A DNA stretch of 64,000 nt. Origin: an uncultured Bacilli bacterium. GTDB lineage: Bacteria; Bacillota_I; Bacilli_A; RF39; UBA660. Shown piece by piece: positions 40,083 to 48,500 of this stretch (position 1 is its first letter; each line of letters starts with the position of its first letter). The stretch covers positions 111 to 64,110 of the forward strand of contig CAJTUR010000003.1 of assembly GCA_910579535.1 (NCBI GenBank), given 5' to 3'. Under the pieces are notes generated by a model. That model searched no databases. It saw only the letters and a program-made list of their open reading frames with translations, and was not told the origin of the DNA. A program made the position numbers and the translations under genes.

Positions 40083-41051
40083 TTATCTTTCTTGTAACTG
40101 TTTTTCTTTTAATTTTTTCTGATATTTGTCATACCACTCTACTGCTTTAATAACATACTCCTCTCGCTCTCTATCATTTTTCAAAGTAGTTGGGAGTATA
40201 TGGCTTAACCGATTCATACTTACTTTTAGTTTAGGAGTTTCATTAGGTTTACTTACATCTAATACATCTTTCATTTTTTCTACCGAAAATGTTTTATCTA
40301 AACTCATATCTTTTAACTCTATTGCTTGAGCATGCGAGGGTGTTATTTGGTAGCAATCAATATAATCTAATAAATGCTTTTGTTCTTCTAATGTCAAAAA
40401 TGATATTTCTACAGCTGGAGTTAAAGCAATACTCAATAAATCTTTATCTTTTAAAACCGAATTATCTACCAGTTTTAATAATTCCGGTATTAAAAAAGTT
40501 AGTCTTATAAACCTAAATACGGTTCTTTCACTATCTCCAAAATCTTTGCCTAATTCTTTTGCTGTTATTGACTTTGTGCCAAGTTGGCACAAAGTTAAAT
40601 CTGTTCGCTTTCCCTGATGAACCATTGCATCATATTTTAATTTATAAGCAAATGCTTTTTCACTTGGTAATATTCTTTCTCTTTGATAATTACTGTCAAC
40701 CATAAGAATTGTTGCTTCATCATCTGTTAGTTCTCGAATGATACAAGGTAAAGTATCAAGATTTAATTTTTCACTGGCTTTCTTTCTTCTATGACCAGAA
40801 ATTAATTCATATTTTCCATTATTTTTAGGTCTAACTATAACTGGATGTATAATTCCTTTTTCTTTAATGCTTTCAAGAATTTCTTCATTTAATTCAACTT
40901 TAAATGGATGATTAGGAAAATTCTCAATATCTTTAATCGAAATTCGAACAATTTTTTCTGCATTAGCGTTATCTCTTTCTTCTTGTGTTGAAAATAAGTC
41001 ATCTAATGGTTTTAGATTTATCTTTAATTTTGTTCTTTCCATTGTTATCAA
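40083..41051 (-). CDS. parB: ParB/Noc-family partition protein
   Basis: GIIHPVIVRP..YELISGHRRKKA is the ParB N-terminal GxRR box. The gene overlaps the parA end. Confidence 0.85.
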   Translation of the reverse strand: MITMERTKLKINLKPLDDLFSTQEERDNANAEKIVRISIKDIENFPNHPFKVELNEEILESIKEKGIIHPVIVRPKNNGKYELISGHRRKKASEKLNLDTLPCIIRELTDDEATILMVDSNYQRERILPSEKAFAYKLKYDAMVHQGKRTDLTLCQLGTKSITAKELGKDFGDSERTVFRFIRLTFLIPELLKLVDNSVLKDKDLLSIALTPAVEISFLTLEEQKHLLDYIDCYQITPSHAQAIELKDMSLDKTFSVEKMKDVLDVSKPNETPKLKVSMNRLSHILPTTLKNDREREEYVIKAVEWYDKYQKKLKEKQLQER

Positions 41052-41817
41052 CCTCTAATGCAAAATTGTAATAAGCATTTGCTACTTTATTATTTTTACT
41101 ATAATTAAAAATGCTTTTTCCAACGATTGTCGATTCAGCCGCTTTAACTGCTCGAGGTATTTTAGAATTATAAATCTTTAAAATACCAGCATATTTATCT
41201 TCTAAAGTAGTTATAACTTCTTTTGTAAGATTTGTTCTTTCATCTGTTAATGTAATTAAAACACCATCTACTGATAAATTAGGATTAATTTGTGTTCTTA
41301 CTTTTCCTATTGTCATCAATAATTCTTCCATATTTTTTAATGCTAGAAATTCTGCTTGAACAGGAATAATAACACTATCTGCTGTTGATAAAGCATTTAT
41401 AGGAAGCATTTCTAAACTAGGCATACAGTCAATTAGGATATAATCATAATCTTTTTTTATTTCTTTCAAACAATTCTTTAAAATGTTTTCTCTATTCATT
41501 GCGTTTACTAATGTATTGGCTATTTGAGACAAATCTAAACTTGAAGGAATTAAATCAACATTTTCACCATGATGAAAAACTGCACTTTGAGTATCGGCGA
41601 CACCATTTTGAATTATAGAGTGCATCAAATGAGCAATGGTTGGTATTTCCTTGGTATCACATCCCATACAAACAGTTAAATCTGCTTGAGGATCCGTATC
41701 TACCAATAATACCTTTTTTCCTAATTTTGATAATGCTACTCCAAGATTAAATGTGGTAGTAGTTTTCCCAACCCCACCTTTTTGATTGGCAACTGCTATG
41801 ACTTTGCAATTAGACAT
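40999..41817 (-). CDS. parA: ParA/Soj-family ATPase
   Basis: KVIAVANQKGGVGKTTT is a deviant Walker A. Likely start is MSNCKV at 41817 (RBS AAGGAGGAAA). Confidence 0.85.
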   Translation of the reverse strand: MSNCKVIAVANQKGGVGKTTTTFNLGVALSKLGKKVLLVDTDPQADLTVCMGCDTKEIPTIAHLMHSIIQNGVADTQSAVFHHGENVDLIPSSLDLSQIANTLVNAMNRENILKNCLKEIKKDYDYILIDCMPSLEMLPINALSTADSVIIPVQAEFLALKNMEELLMTIGKVRTQINPNLSVDGVLITLTDERTNLTKEVITTLEDKYAGILKIYNSKIPRAVKAAESTIVGKSIFNYSKNNKVANAYYNFALEVDNNGKNKIKDKSKTIR

Positions 41818-41871
41818 TTTTTTCCTCCTTTCCTTATAAACTTTAACCATCTTAAGTGTCAGATGGCTATG

Positions 41872-41903
41872 TAAAAAAAAGAACTGATGTATTTATCAGT
41901 TCT
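41872..41903 (-). terminator. Rho-independent terminator
   Basis: Stem AGAACTGAT (41880-88) / ATCAGTTCT (41895-903), followed on the minus strand by T8. Confidence 0.65.
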
Positions 41904-41932
41904 AAAATATGTTTAATATGTTTTATTTAAAA

Positions 41933-42178
41933 TTAATCTTCTTCTGTTTCATTCATTACTATGAAAACCCAACTATCTAAATTGTTTTTAATAAATTCAT
42001 TCATATCATCTGGTTTATCTTTTACATTTATTCCAACACAATGATATAAGTTAGCATAATTTTCCCTCTCAATATAGAATTCTAACAAATCATCTTTTGG
42101 AAAAACATAAATATTAAAATTACCCTCTTCTAAATTATAAGTATATTGTTCAATTTGAATTATTTTATTCATACCCAA
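41933..42178 (-). CDS. Hypothetical small acidic protein, the last ICE gene before the junction
   Basis: 81-aa ORF with no motif recognised. Confidence 0.45.
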   Translation of the reverse strand: MGMNKIIQIEQYTYNLEEGNFNIYVFPKDDLLEFYIERENYANLYHCVGINVKDKPDDMNEFIKNNLDSWVFIVMNETEED

Positions 42179-42240
42179 TACCTTCCTTTCTAATTATTTT
42201 ATCATATATTTATTTTAATGTCATTTTACTGAAATAATTA

Positions 42241-42260
42241 GGACACGAATGGACACGAAT
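42241..42260 (+). repeat. Perfect tandem duplication GGACACGAAT GGACACGAAT
   Basis: Read directly. Lies 63-82 nt upstream of the 81-aa ICE gene and about 115 nt inside the ICE/uvrB junction. An inverted exact copy is at 42901-42910. Confidence 0.8.
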
Positions 42261-42334
42261 GTTGGCCACAAATTTTATTTGTTCATTTAATATCAAGTAG
42301 TGTTATTTAGTTCTTTTTTGCGGATTAAATGATA

Positions 42335-42643
42335 CTAAATAGCCCTAAATATAAGGCTTTTAAATGTGTCGCTATAATAAGAAACAAAATACTCTACGTG
42401 ATTTTCGGGGAATATCTCCTTGAGTTCCGCATATAACTGACCAGCTAGGGTTTTATTGTGTGCCAAAACGAGTGTAGGTTTGTTCGTTTTTGCGATTACA
42501 TTTGCTATCGTAAAAGTCTTCCCAGTTCCTGTAGCACCCAGTAAAACCTGTTCTTTTCGGCCATTTTTAATTCCTTCCACTAACTTTTCAATGGCAAGTG
42601 GCTGGTCTCCACTTGGTTCATATTTTGATATTAATTTAAACAT
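42335..42643 (-). pseudogene. uvrB: uvrB 5-prime fragment (codons 1-90), truncated by the ICE insertion
   Basis: [69 protein letters not shown] matches the UvrB N-terminus (Walker A, helicase motif Ia). Homology ends after YY (42374), where YYDYYQPEAY is expected, and 12 unrelated codons then run to a stop. Confidence 0.85.
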
Positions 42644-42683
42644 ATTTTTCCTCCTTTTTGCATTATGATTATTATCAACCAGA

Positions 42684-42737
42684 AAATTCGTGTAATTTAA
42701 ACCACCACTTGTTTAAAAAATAGCCTTACACGAATTT
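42684..42737. promoter_or_regulatory. Perfect 12-bp inverted repeat AAATTCGTGTAA-N30-TTACACGAATTT upstream of the uvrB remnant
   Basis: Read directly, 41-94 nt upstream of the uvrB ATG. It shares the ACACGAAT core with the repeats at 42241-60 and 42901-10. Confidence 0.45.
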
Positions 42738-42944
42738 ACACAAATAAAAGTCACAAATTTATTTTTTTACACAAAGCAAAATTATTTAGTTTACTTATTC
42801 TAGCATTTATTTTTCCAAAAAACAAGGAAACACCTATATGTTCCCTCGTAATTATTTTTATCATTTTTACTAGTTTTTATACAAATCTATTAATCATTAA
42901 ATTCGTGTCCAAATTTTTAACTATTTTTATTAAATTTTAATTAA

Positions 42945-44339
42945 TTATTTCATAACTTCTTTTAAGGGGATAGCTAATTTATGTAACTTTTTAAAACATT
43001 CTTTAGCTTTGATAATTTCTTTTTTATTCATAGTTACATATCCTCTAGATGTTCCATCACTAGGCAAATCTACTAAAAGTGCATAATCATCTATACCTAT
43101 CCACCCTTCTTTTACAACTTTCAAAAGCTCTGGATATTTTTCCCGTACTAAATCTAAATCTACAAAGTTTGTTATAATTTTATAACAAGATAAGTATCTT
43201 TGAATATATTTATTTTTCTTATATTCGTTTAAATTCTTTTTGCTAAAAAGAAAAATACGTTCCATTTTAACTCCCCGATCAACTGCATCAAAATTACTTT
43301 GAATAAATTTTCTTTCAGCCGGGTCTTCATTCCATTCATTGTCCATCATTGTCGAAATAATCCACATTGTAGACCCCTTTTTTGTTTCTGTAAAAAACCT
43401 ATCTAATATACGATAAAATTTTCCTGAATCTAAATCTTCTGTTTTAGATTGTTCATCAAATGATAAATAACCGCCATCAGACACTAATGATGTTCCATTA
43501 GAATATTTATGTCTTGTTAACATTAAATATATATCATCTGCTATTTCATGTGGATAACCTAGCCTTTTCATTGGAATAGACTCTTTTGCTTTATTAAATG
43601 TATCATCAGTTTCCATTACTCCACCAATCCAGCCTGCAACAACAGAATTAACTCTTACTCCATACATTTCTGTATAAATATTAGCAAATGTTTTTATTAA
43701 ATTTTCTTTGGCAGCCTGAGCAGAGGCATAAGCACTTGCTCCAAAAGAACCACGATAAGCTTCAATACTATTAACAAGAACTATACTTGATTCAAAGTTC
43801 ATTTTTTTAACAATTTCGCGAACTAATAGATTAACAGAAAATAAATTAACTTGATAACTTTTTTCAAACTGATCATAATCAAAATCCAAAGAATCCTCAA
43901 GCTCAAAGAAGATTTCCATAAAGATAAAGCCATAAACATCTTTTTTTATCTCATTTACTGCATGCATAAGAGTTTCTCGTTTAAAATAATCTACAGTTTG
44001 TAATTTGATATTTTCTTTTTGTAAAGCTTTATCAACAAAACTTCCTTTTTGATATAAGCCTATAATATAAAAACCCTTTTCAAGTAATATTTTAGAAAGT
44101 TCAACACCAATCTCAGAATTTATACCAGCAATCACAACAATTTTTCTATCATCTTGTTCTTTAGCATAATTTGTTCTTTTATCAATAGGTTTACTTGCAT
44201 CTTTAGGAATATTCCACCTTCTACCTGTTTTAAAGGCTCCAGATATGCGGTTGTTATTTAAAAGATTAACTATTCTTCTTTCACTAATATTCCATAATAT
44301 AGATGCCTCTTTTACTGTTAAATAATCCATTCTAATCAC
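42945..44339 (-). CDS. Fusion protein: MerR/excisionase-type HTH, an SDR-like Rossmann domain with an altered catalytic motif, and an unknown C-terminal domain
   Basis: The HTH is LTVKEASILWNISERRIVNLL..GRRWNIP. The Rossmann segment is VVIAGINSEIGVELSK. The SDR active-site region reads AYASAQAAK, so the Lys of YxxxK is replaced by Gln. About 170 aa at the C-terminus are unassigned. Confidence 0.6.
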   Translation of the reverse strand: MIRMDYLTVKEASILWNISERRIVNLLNNNRISGAFKTGRRWNIPKDASKPIDKRTNYAKEQDDRKIVVIAGINSEIGVELSKILLEKGFYIIGLYQKGSFVDKALQKENIKLQTVDYFKRETLMHAVNEIKKDVYGFIFMEIFFELEDSLDFDYDQFEKSYQVNLFSVNLLVREIVKKMNFESSIVLVNSIEAYRGSFGASAYASAQAAKENLIKTFANIYTEMYGVRVNSVVAGWIGGVMETDDTFNKAKESIPMKRLGYPHEIADDIYLMLTRHKYSNGTSLVSDGGYLSFDEQSKTEDLDSGKFYRILDRFFTETKKGSTMWIISTMMDNEWNEDPAERKFIQSNFDAVDRGVKMERIFLFSKKNLNEYKKNKYIQRYLSCYKIITNFVDLDLVREKYPELLKVVKEGWIGIDDYALLVDLPSDGTSRGYVTMNKKEIIKAKECFKKLHKLAIPLKEVMK

Positions 44340-44605
44340 CTATTGATATATTATACCGAATTAAGAACGATGTCAACATACGTAATGTTTAGTTTAAAGT
44401 GTTGTTTCTCAATTTTTCATTAAAAACTATTCTTTAGAATTTTAAAGTTTATGTTCTATTATTGGTTAGACGTATCCTATCTTATTTTTTTGCTTTAACA
44501 ATTAATATCACTATTTAAATTATCACAAATTGTTTCCAATCCTAAAATCTTTCTAAAACTTTCACTTTTAAATAAACAAGCAAACTATCCTCTGTAAATT
44601 CTTCC

Positions 44606-45502
44606 TTAAGCCTTTTTCAGATGTTTTTTATATTCTAAAAATGTTTTATAACCAGCAAGTTTATAATCGCCCATTTCTGGTTTTAATTCTTTAAAAGGAA
44701 TAAATTCTTCACTAATAACTTCCAAAGTACCACAATATTCGTTATTTAAATTCACTAACATATACTTATTTCCCACTTGTGTTGTATTAAAAGAATACTT
44801 TCTTTTTAGAATATAATCTTTTTGATTATTCAAATATGCTTCTGCCATTCCTTTTTTCTCCGTATAAAGAGGATAGTAAGCACTATATAGCAAAGCTTTT
44901 TCATTAGCATATCTTTTCAGATTTTCATTTTCTCTTAATTTTTCCCATCTTTTTTGATAATTAAGAAGAAAAAATCTATCTTTTAAACTTTTTTTCTTTT
45001 TATGATCTATTTCTTGCCATTTCTCATTTAAAGCTGTCATTTCTTTACTTTCCTTTTCATCTGGTAAACCAATCGCTTTTAAATAACTTTGCATTTTCTT
45101 TAAACAGAGTAATTCCTGTTTGCTATACTCTTCTAAACAATCTTCTGGTATATGAAATGTTTCTGGATGTCTATAAACACACCTTACTATTTCATCAAAA
45201 GAATGACAATGGCTCTCTATCATTTGATATTTCGCTTCTTTTTCTTCTGAATTTTTTCGTCCATACATGAAAGCTTCATAATGATAAGTTACTCCACTAC
45301 TAGAAACATTTCCTAGCGCCTCATATAAGCTTGACTGTATGTCATATCCACCTTGTTTATATTCATCATAATATACCCACTCAAAGGTTTCTCTTCTTTT
45401 ATCCCAAAAAGGGTAAGGTAAACTACAATTTTTAAATTTTTTATATCTTTTTTTCTGTTTCCAAAAATAATATTTATTTTTTAAATTTCTCATAATTATC
45501 AC
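44606..45502 (-). CDS. Hypothetical protein (the C-terminus faintly resembles an ASCH domain)
   Basis: 298-aa ORF, Lys/Tyr-rich. The domain call is weak. Confidence 0.45.
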   Translation of the reverse strand: MIIMRNLKNKYYFWKQKKRYKKFKNCSLPYPFWDKRRETFEWVYYDEYKQGGYDIQSSLYEALGNVSSSGVTYHYEAFMYGRKNSEEKEAKYQMIESHCHSFDEIVRCVYRHPETFHIPEDCLEEYSKQELLCLKKMQSYLKAIGLPDEKESKEMTALNEKWQEIDHKKKKSLKDRFFLLNYQKRWEKLRENENLKRYANEKALLYSAYYPLYTEKKGMAEAYLNNQKDYILKRKYSFNTTQVGNKYMLVNLNNEYCGTLEVISEEFIPFKELKPEMGDYKLAGYKTFLEYKKHLKKA

Positions 45503-45597
45503 TATCCTTAATCCATTTCTATTTGAAAGATTATAACTTAATTTTCCATAAAAAAAAACTATAAGAAATGATTATATTTCATTATAGCTTTTTAATA

Positions 45598-48500
45598 TTA
45601 ATTCTTTTTCTTTTTTACTAAATAAATGGTTCCACCTAATGTTAAAATAGATACAGTTGCGACTAGATAGACAAAATAATTTGATTTTTTCTCAACTGTC
45701 TCTTCTACTTTTGGTGTATCATTATTATTTTTATTGGTATCATCAGAATCTGATTCATACGATTTATAAGATACAAGGTATTTTCCAAGTCCATTATTTT
45801 CAAAGATAATTTCATTATTTACTCTTCTAGAATTTAATTTGACAACACTTCCATCTTCTCTAATAACGTAAATGGCTTCAAACGTTTTATTAGGGTTTAA
45901 TTTTACAATTTGCTCAATTTTTTCGTTAGACAAGTTCACTTTTTTATTTTCTTTTGTTTCTAAAGCTAGTTCAAAAATTTCACTTTCTTCACCATAACGG
46001 TTTATTTGAGCATCGTTTAGGTTATGTTTTTTATACTCTAAAGTCACGTCATTATAATTTGATAAAATGGAATTTGGAATTTTTACTGTTACATTACCAC
46101 TTGTCAATTCTTTATAAGTGTTTTCATCAGGTTTTGTTGTCTCTTCAGTATTTGGCTTGCTCGATGTTCCAGGCTTATCTTGTGGTTTGCTATCTGGCTT
46201 GGTTCCTGTATTATTGTCTCCAGGTTTATTATTTGTTTGTTTCTTTATCCAAGTTACTACTGCTGTTGCGTATCCTTTATTACCCGCTCTATCTATAAAT
46301 TCAAAGGTAAATTCAGCGTTTTCATGGAAAGTATACGTTGATGCCCCTTTTCCTAAAATGGTTACTTGTTCACTTGGTTTTAGTGTAGCAACAACTGGCC
46401 CTTCTGTGGATTCTTTTGTACTGTACTCAATTGTGGCGGTTGGAGCGTCTTTGTCAATCCAATCCACTTTTACGGTGCTACTTCCTTTATTTCCAACTTT
46501 ATCTACAAATTCGAAGGTAAATTCGCCATTTTTTGTAAAGGTATAAGTTGTTTTTCCTTCATTATTGGTTACGGTTACTTCTTCATTTGGTTTTAATGTT
46601 ACCATTACGTCTTTGTTTGTCCATTCTTTTGTACTAAATTCAAATTCGGCGGTTGGAGCGTCTTTGTCAATCCAATCAACCGTTACAGGAATAATACCAT
46701 CGTAGCCATTTTGGTCTTTAAATTGGAAATTGAATGTTTCATTATTTGTAAATGTGTATTCATTACTAGCGTTATTATTAAATATTCTATAGCCTGCTTC
46801 TAATTCTAGTGTTGCTTTAACATCTTGATTGGTCCATGTAGTCGTTGAATATTTAATTTCGTATTTCGGCATTTTTGCTATCCAATTGACAACAACGGTT
46901 GCGGTATTCGCGTTTCCAGCTTTATCCACAAATTCAAAGGTAAATTCACCGTTATCTTTAAATGTATAGGTGTCTTTTCCACCATTATTGGTTACGGTCA
47001 CTTCTTCACTTGGTATTAAGGTAGCAATAACTTCACCATCTGTTAGATGAATGGTATTAAATTCAAATTCGGCGGTTGGAGCTTCTGTATCAATCCAATC
47101 GACTGTGATTATTTTTGTACCTATGTTTCCTAATGCATCTTGAAATTTTAATTCTACACTTTTATTTTCTAAGAAAGTAATTGTTTTGCTTCCATCTACG
47201 GGATTGGTTGCTAATTCTATGTCAGTGGATAAAATGGTAATGCTTTCTTTATCAAACGAAATGGTTGCCACTACGTTTTCATTTGTTGTTTCTGTAGTAC
47301 TAAATTGTACGTTTGCATTCGGAGCCACTTTATCTATCCAGTCTACTTTTGCTGTTGCTGTGCCTTTTTTCCCGTTTCGATCTACAAATTCAAAAGTAAA
47401 TTCGCCATTTTCAGTAAAAGTATACGTTGTTTTACCATCATTATTTGTTACAGTGATGGGTCTATTTTCATCTACTAATTCAGCTACGACATCTTTATTT
47501 GTGTTTTTAATAATGTTGTAGTTTATTTCCGCTGTTGGCACTTCACTGGCTGATGGATCTTCATATAAGTTGATAAGTGCGATTGAAAAGTAGTATTGAA
47601 GGCCTTGTTCATGAACAGATGGACAATTGATTCTTACATATTTTGCAAGGATTGGCTCATCAAAAGTAATTTTTTTCAAATTTCCATTATTTTCTAAATT
47701 ACTTTTTGTTGCTGCCAGTTCCCAATTGGTTCCATCCATACTGACATAAATGTCTAAACGACTCGCTTTTCCTGTTGGGTAATTCCCAAGTGCTGATGTA
47801 GCTCTAGCGTCCGGAACATAATCTAATTCGGATACGTATCTAGGTTTATCTAATTCTATAGTTGCATAAGCGGGAATGTATTTTTGTCCTATACTATTTT
47901 TATTGTAATAACTGTGCCATGCTGTATTGATGTTTCCATCTCTTATATTATCTTTATTTCCACCACTGGTTCCTGAAACGGCAATGACATTTAAATTATT
48001 TCTAGTTATATAACGACGTGATTCAGATGTTGTATTTGTTGTAAAGGTAAAATAAACGGGTTCACTCATTGTATTCATGCCTGTTGCAAGCATTCTTACA
48101 TAAACTCTTACGTCTCCTTTAAAGGTCGGATTCGTATCAGCAAAAGAATTCCATTCCCCATTTGGGTCTAAGGTCCATTCCATTTTATCGGTTGCACCCA
48201 TAATACGATTTTCTAAATCATCTATAGAAACTGTATTACTTGGGAATACGCCTTTTTTAATATCGATTGTATAAATATTTTCAGCTGTCATAGGCAATCC
48301 AGTAATATGTATTTTAATATCGTTTTCTTCTGTGATACTGTCTAATTGGTCTTTTGTTAACTGTGCTAAATGTTCATAACTCGGTATCCAAGTTGAACCG
48401 CCATCTAAACTATAAGTCCAAGTAACTTGAGCACTTTGTAATTGTTTTGATAACACAATTTTACCAGCGTTTGCTCCATCAAAAGAGAACGTTGCAACTC

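Larger units (their letters stand above)
1..42373 (-). mobile_element. Integrative conjugative element (Gram-positive T4SS type). The right end abuts truncated uvrB and the left end is not in the window.
   Basis: Contiguous same-strand set of VirB4, VirD4, relaxase/MobC, primase-like, SSB, ParAB, sortase/adhesin and methylase-helicase genes. UvrB homology stops abruptly after codon 90 at 42374. No integrase seen. Confidence 0.8.

Noticed and set aside
42362-42373. The residues SDTF just after the uvrB break resemble UvrB ..SSDTFIEK.., about 11 codons downstream of YY. This would suggest an internal 33-nt deletion rather than an insertion junction.
   Set aside because: It is only a 4-residue match, and the following residues (KSLIFRAI then stop) do not continue UvrB. 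No other UvrB sequence occurs to the left. I treat it as coincidence.
42644-42944. Searched the uvrB upstream region for a canonical Gram-positive LexA (Cheo) box GAAC-N4-GTTC.
   Set aside because: None was seen by eye. Only the ACACGAAT-type repeats are present, and those are reported as a finding.
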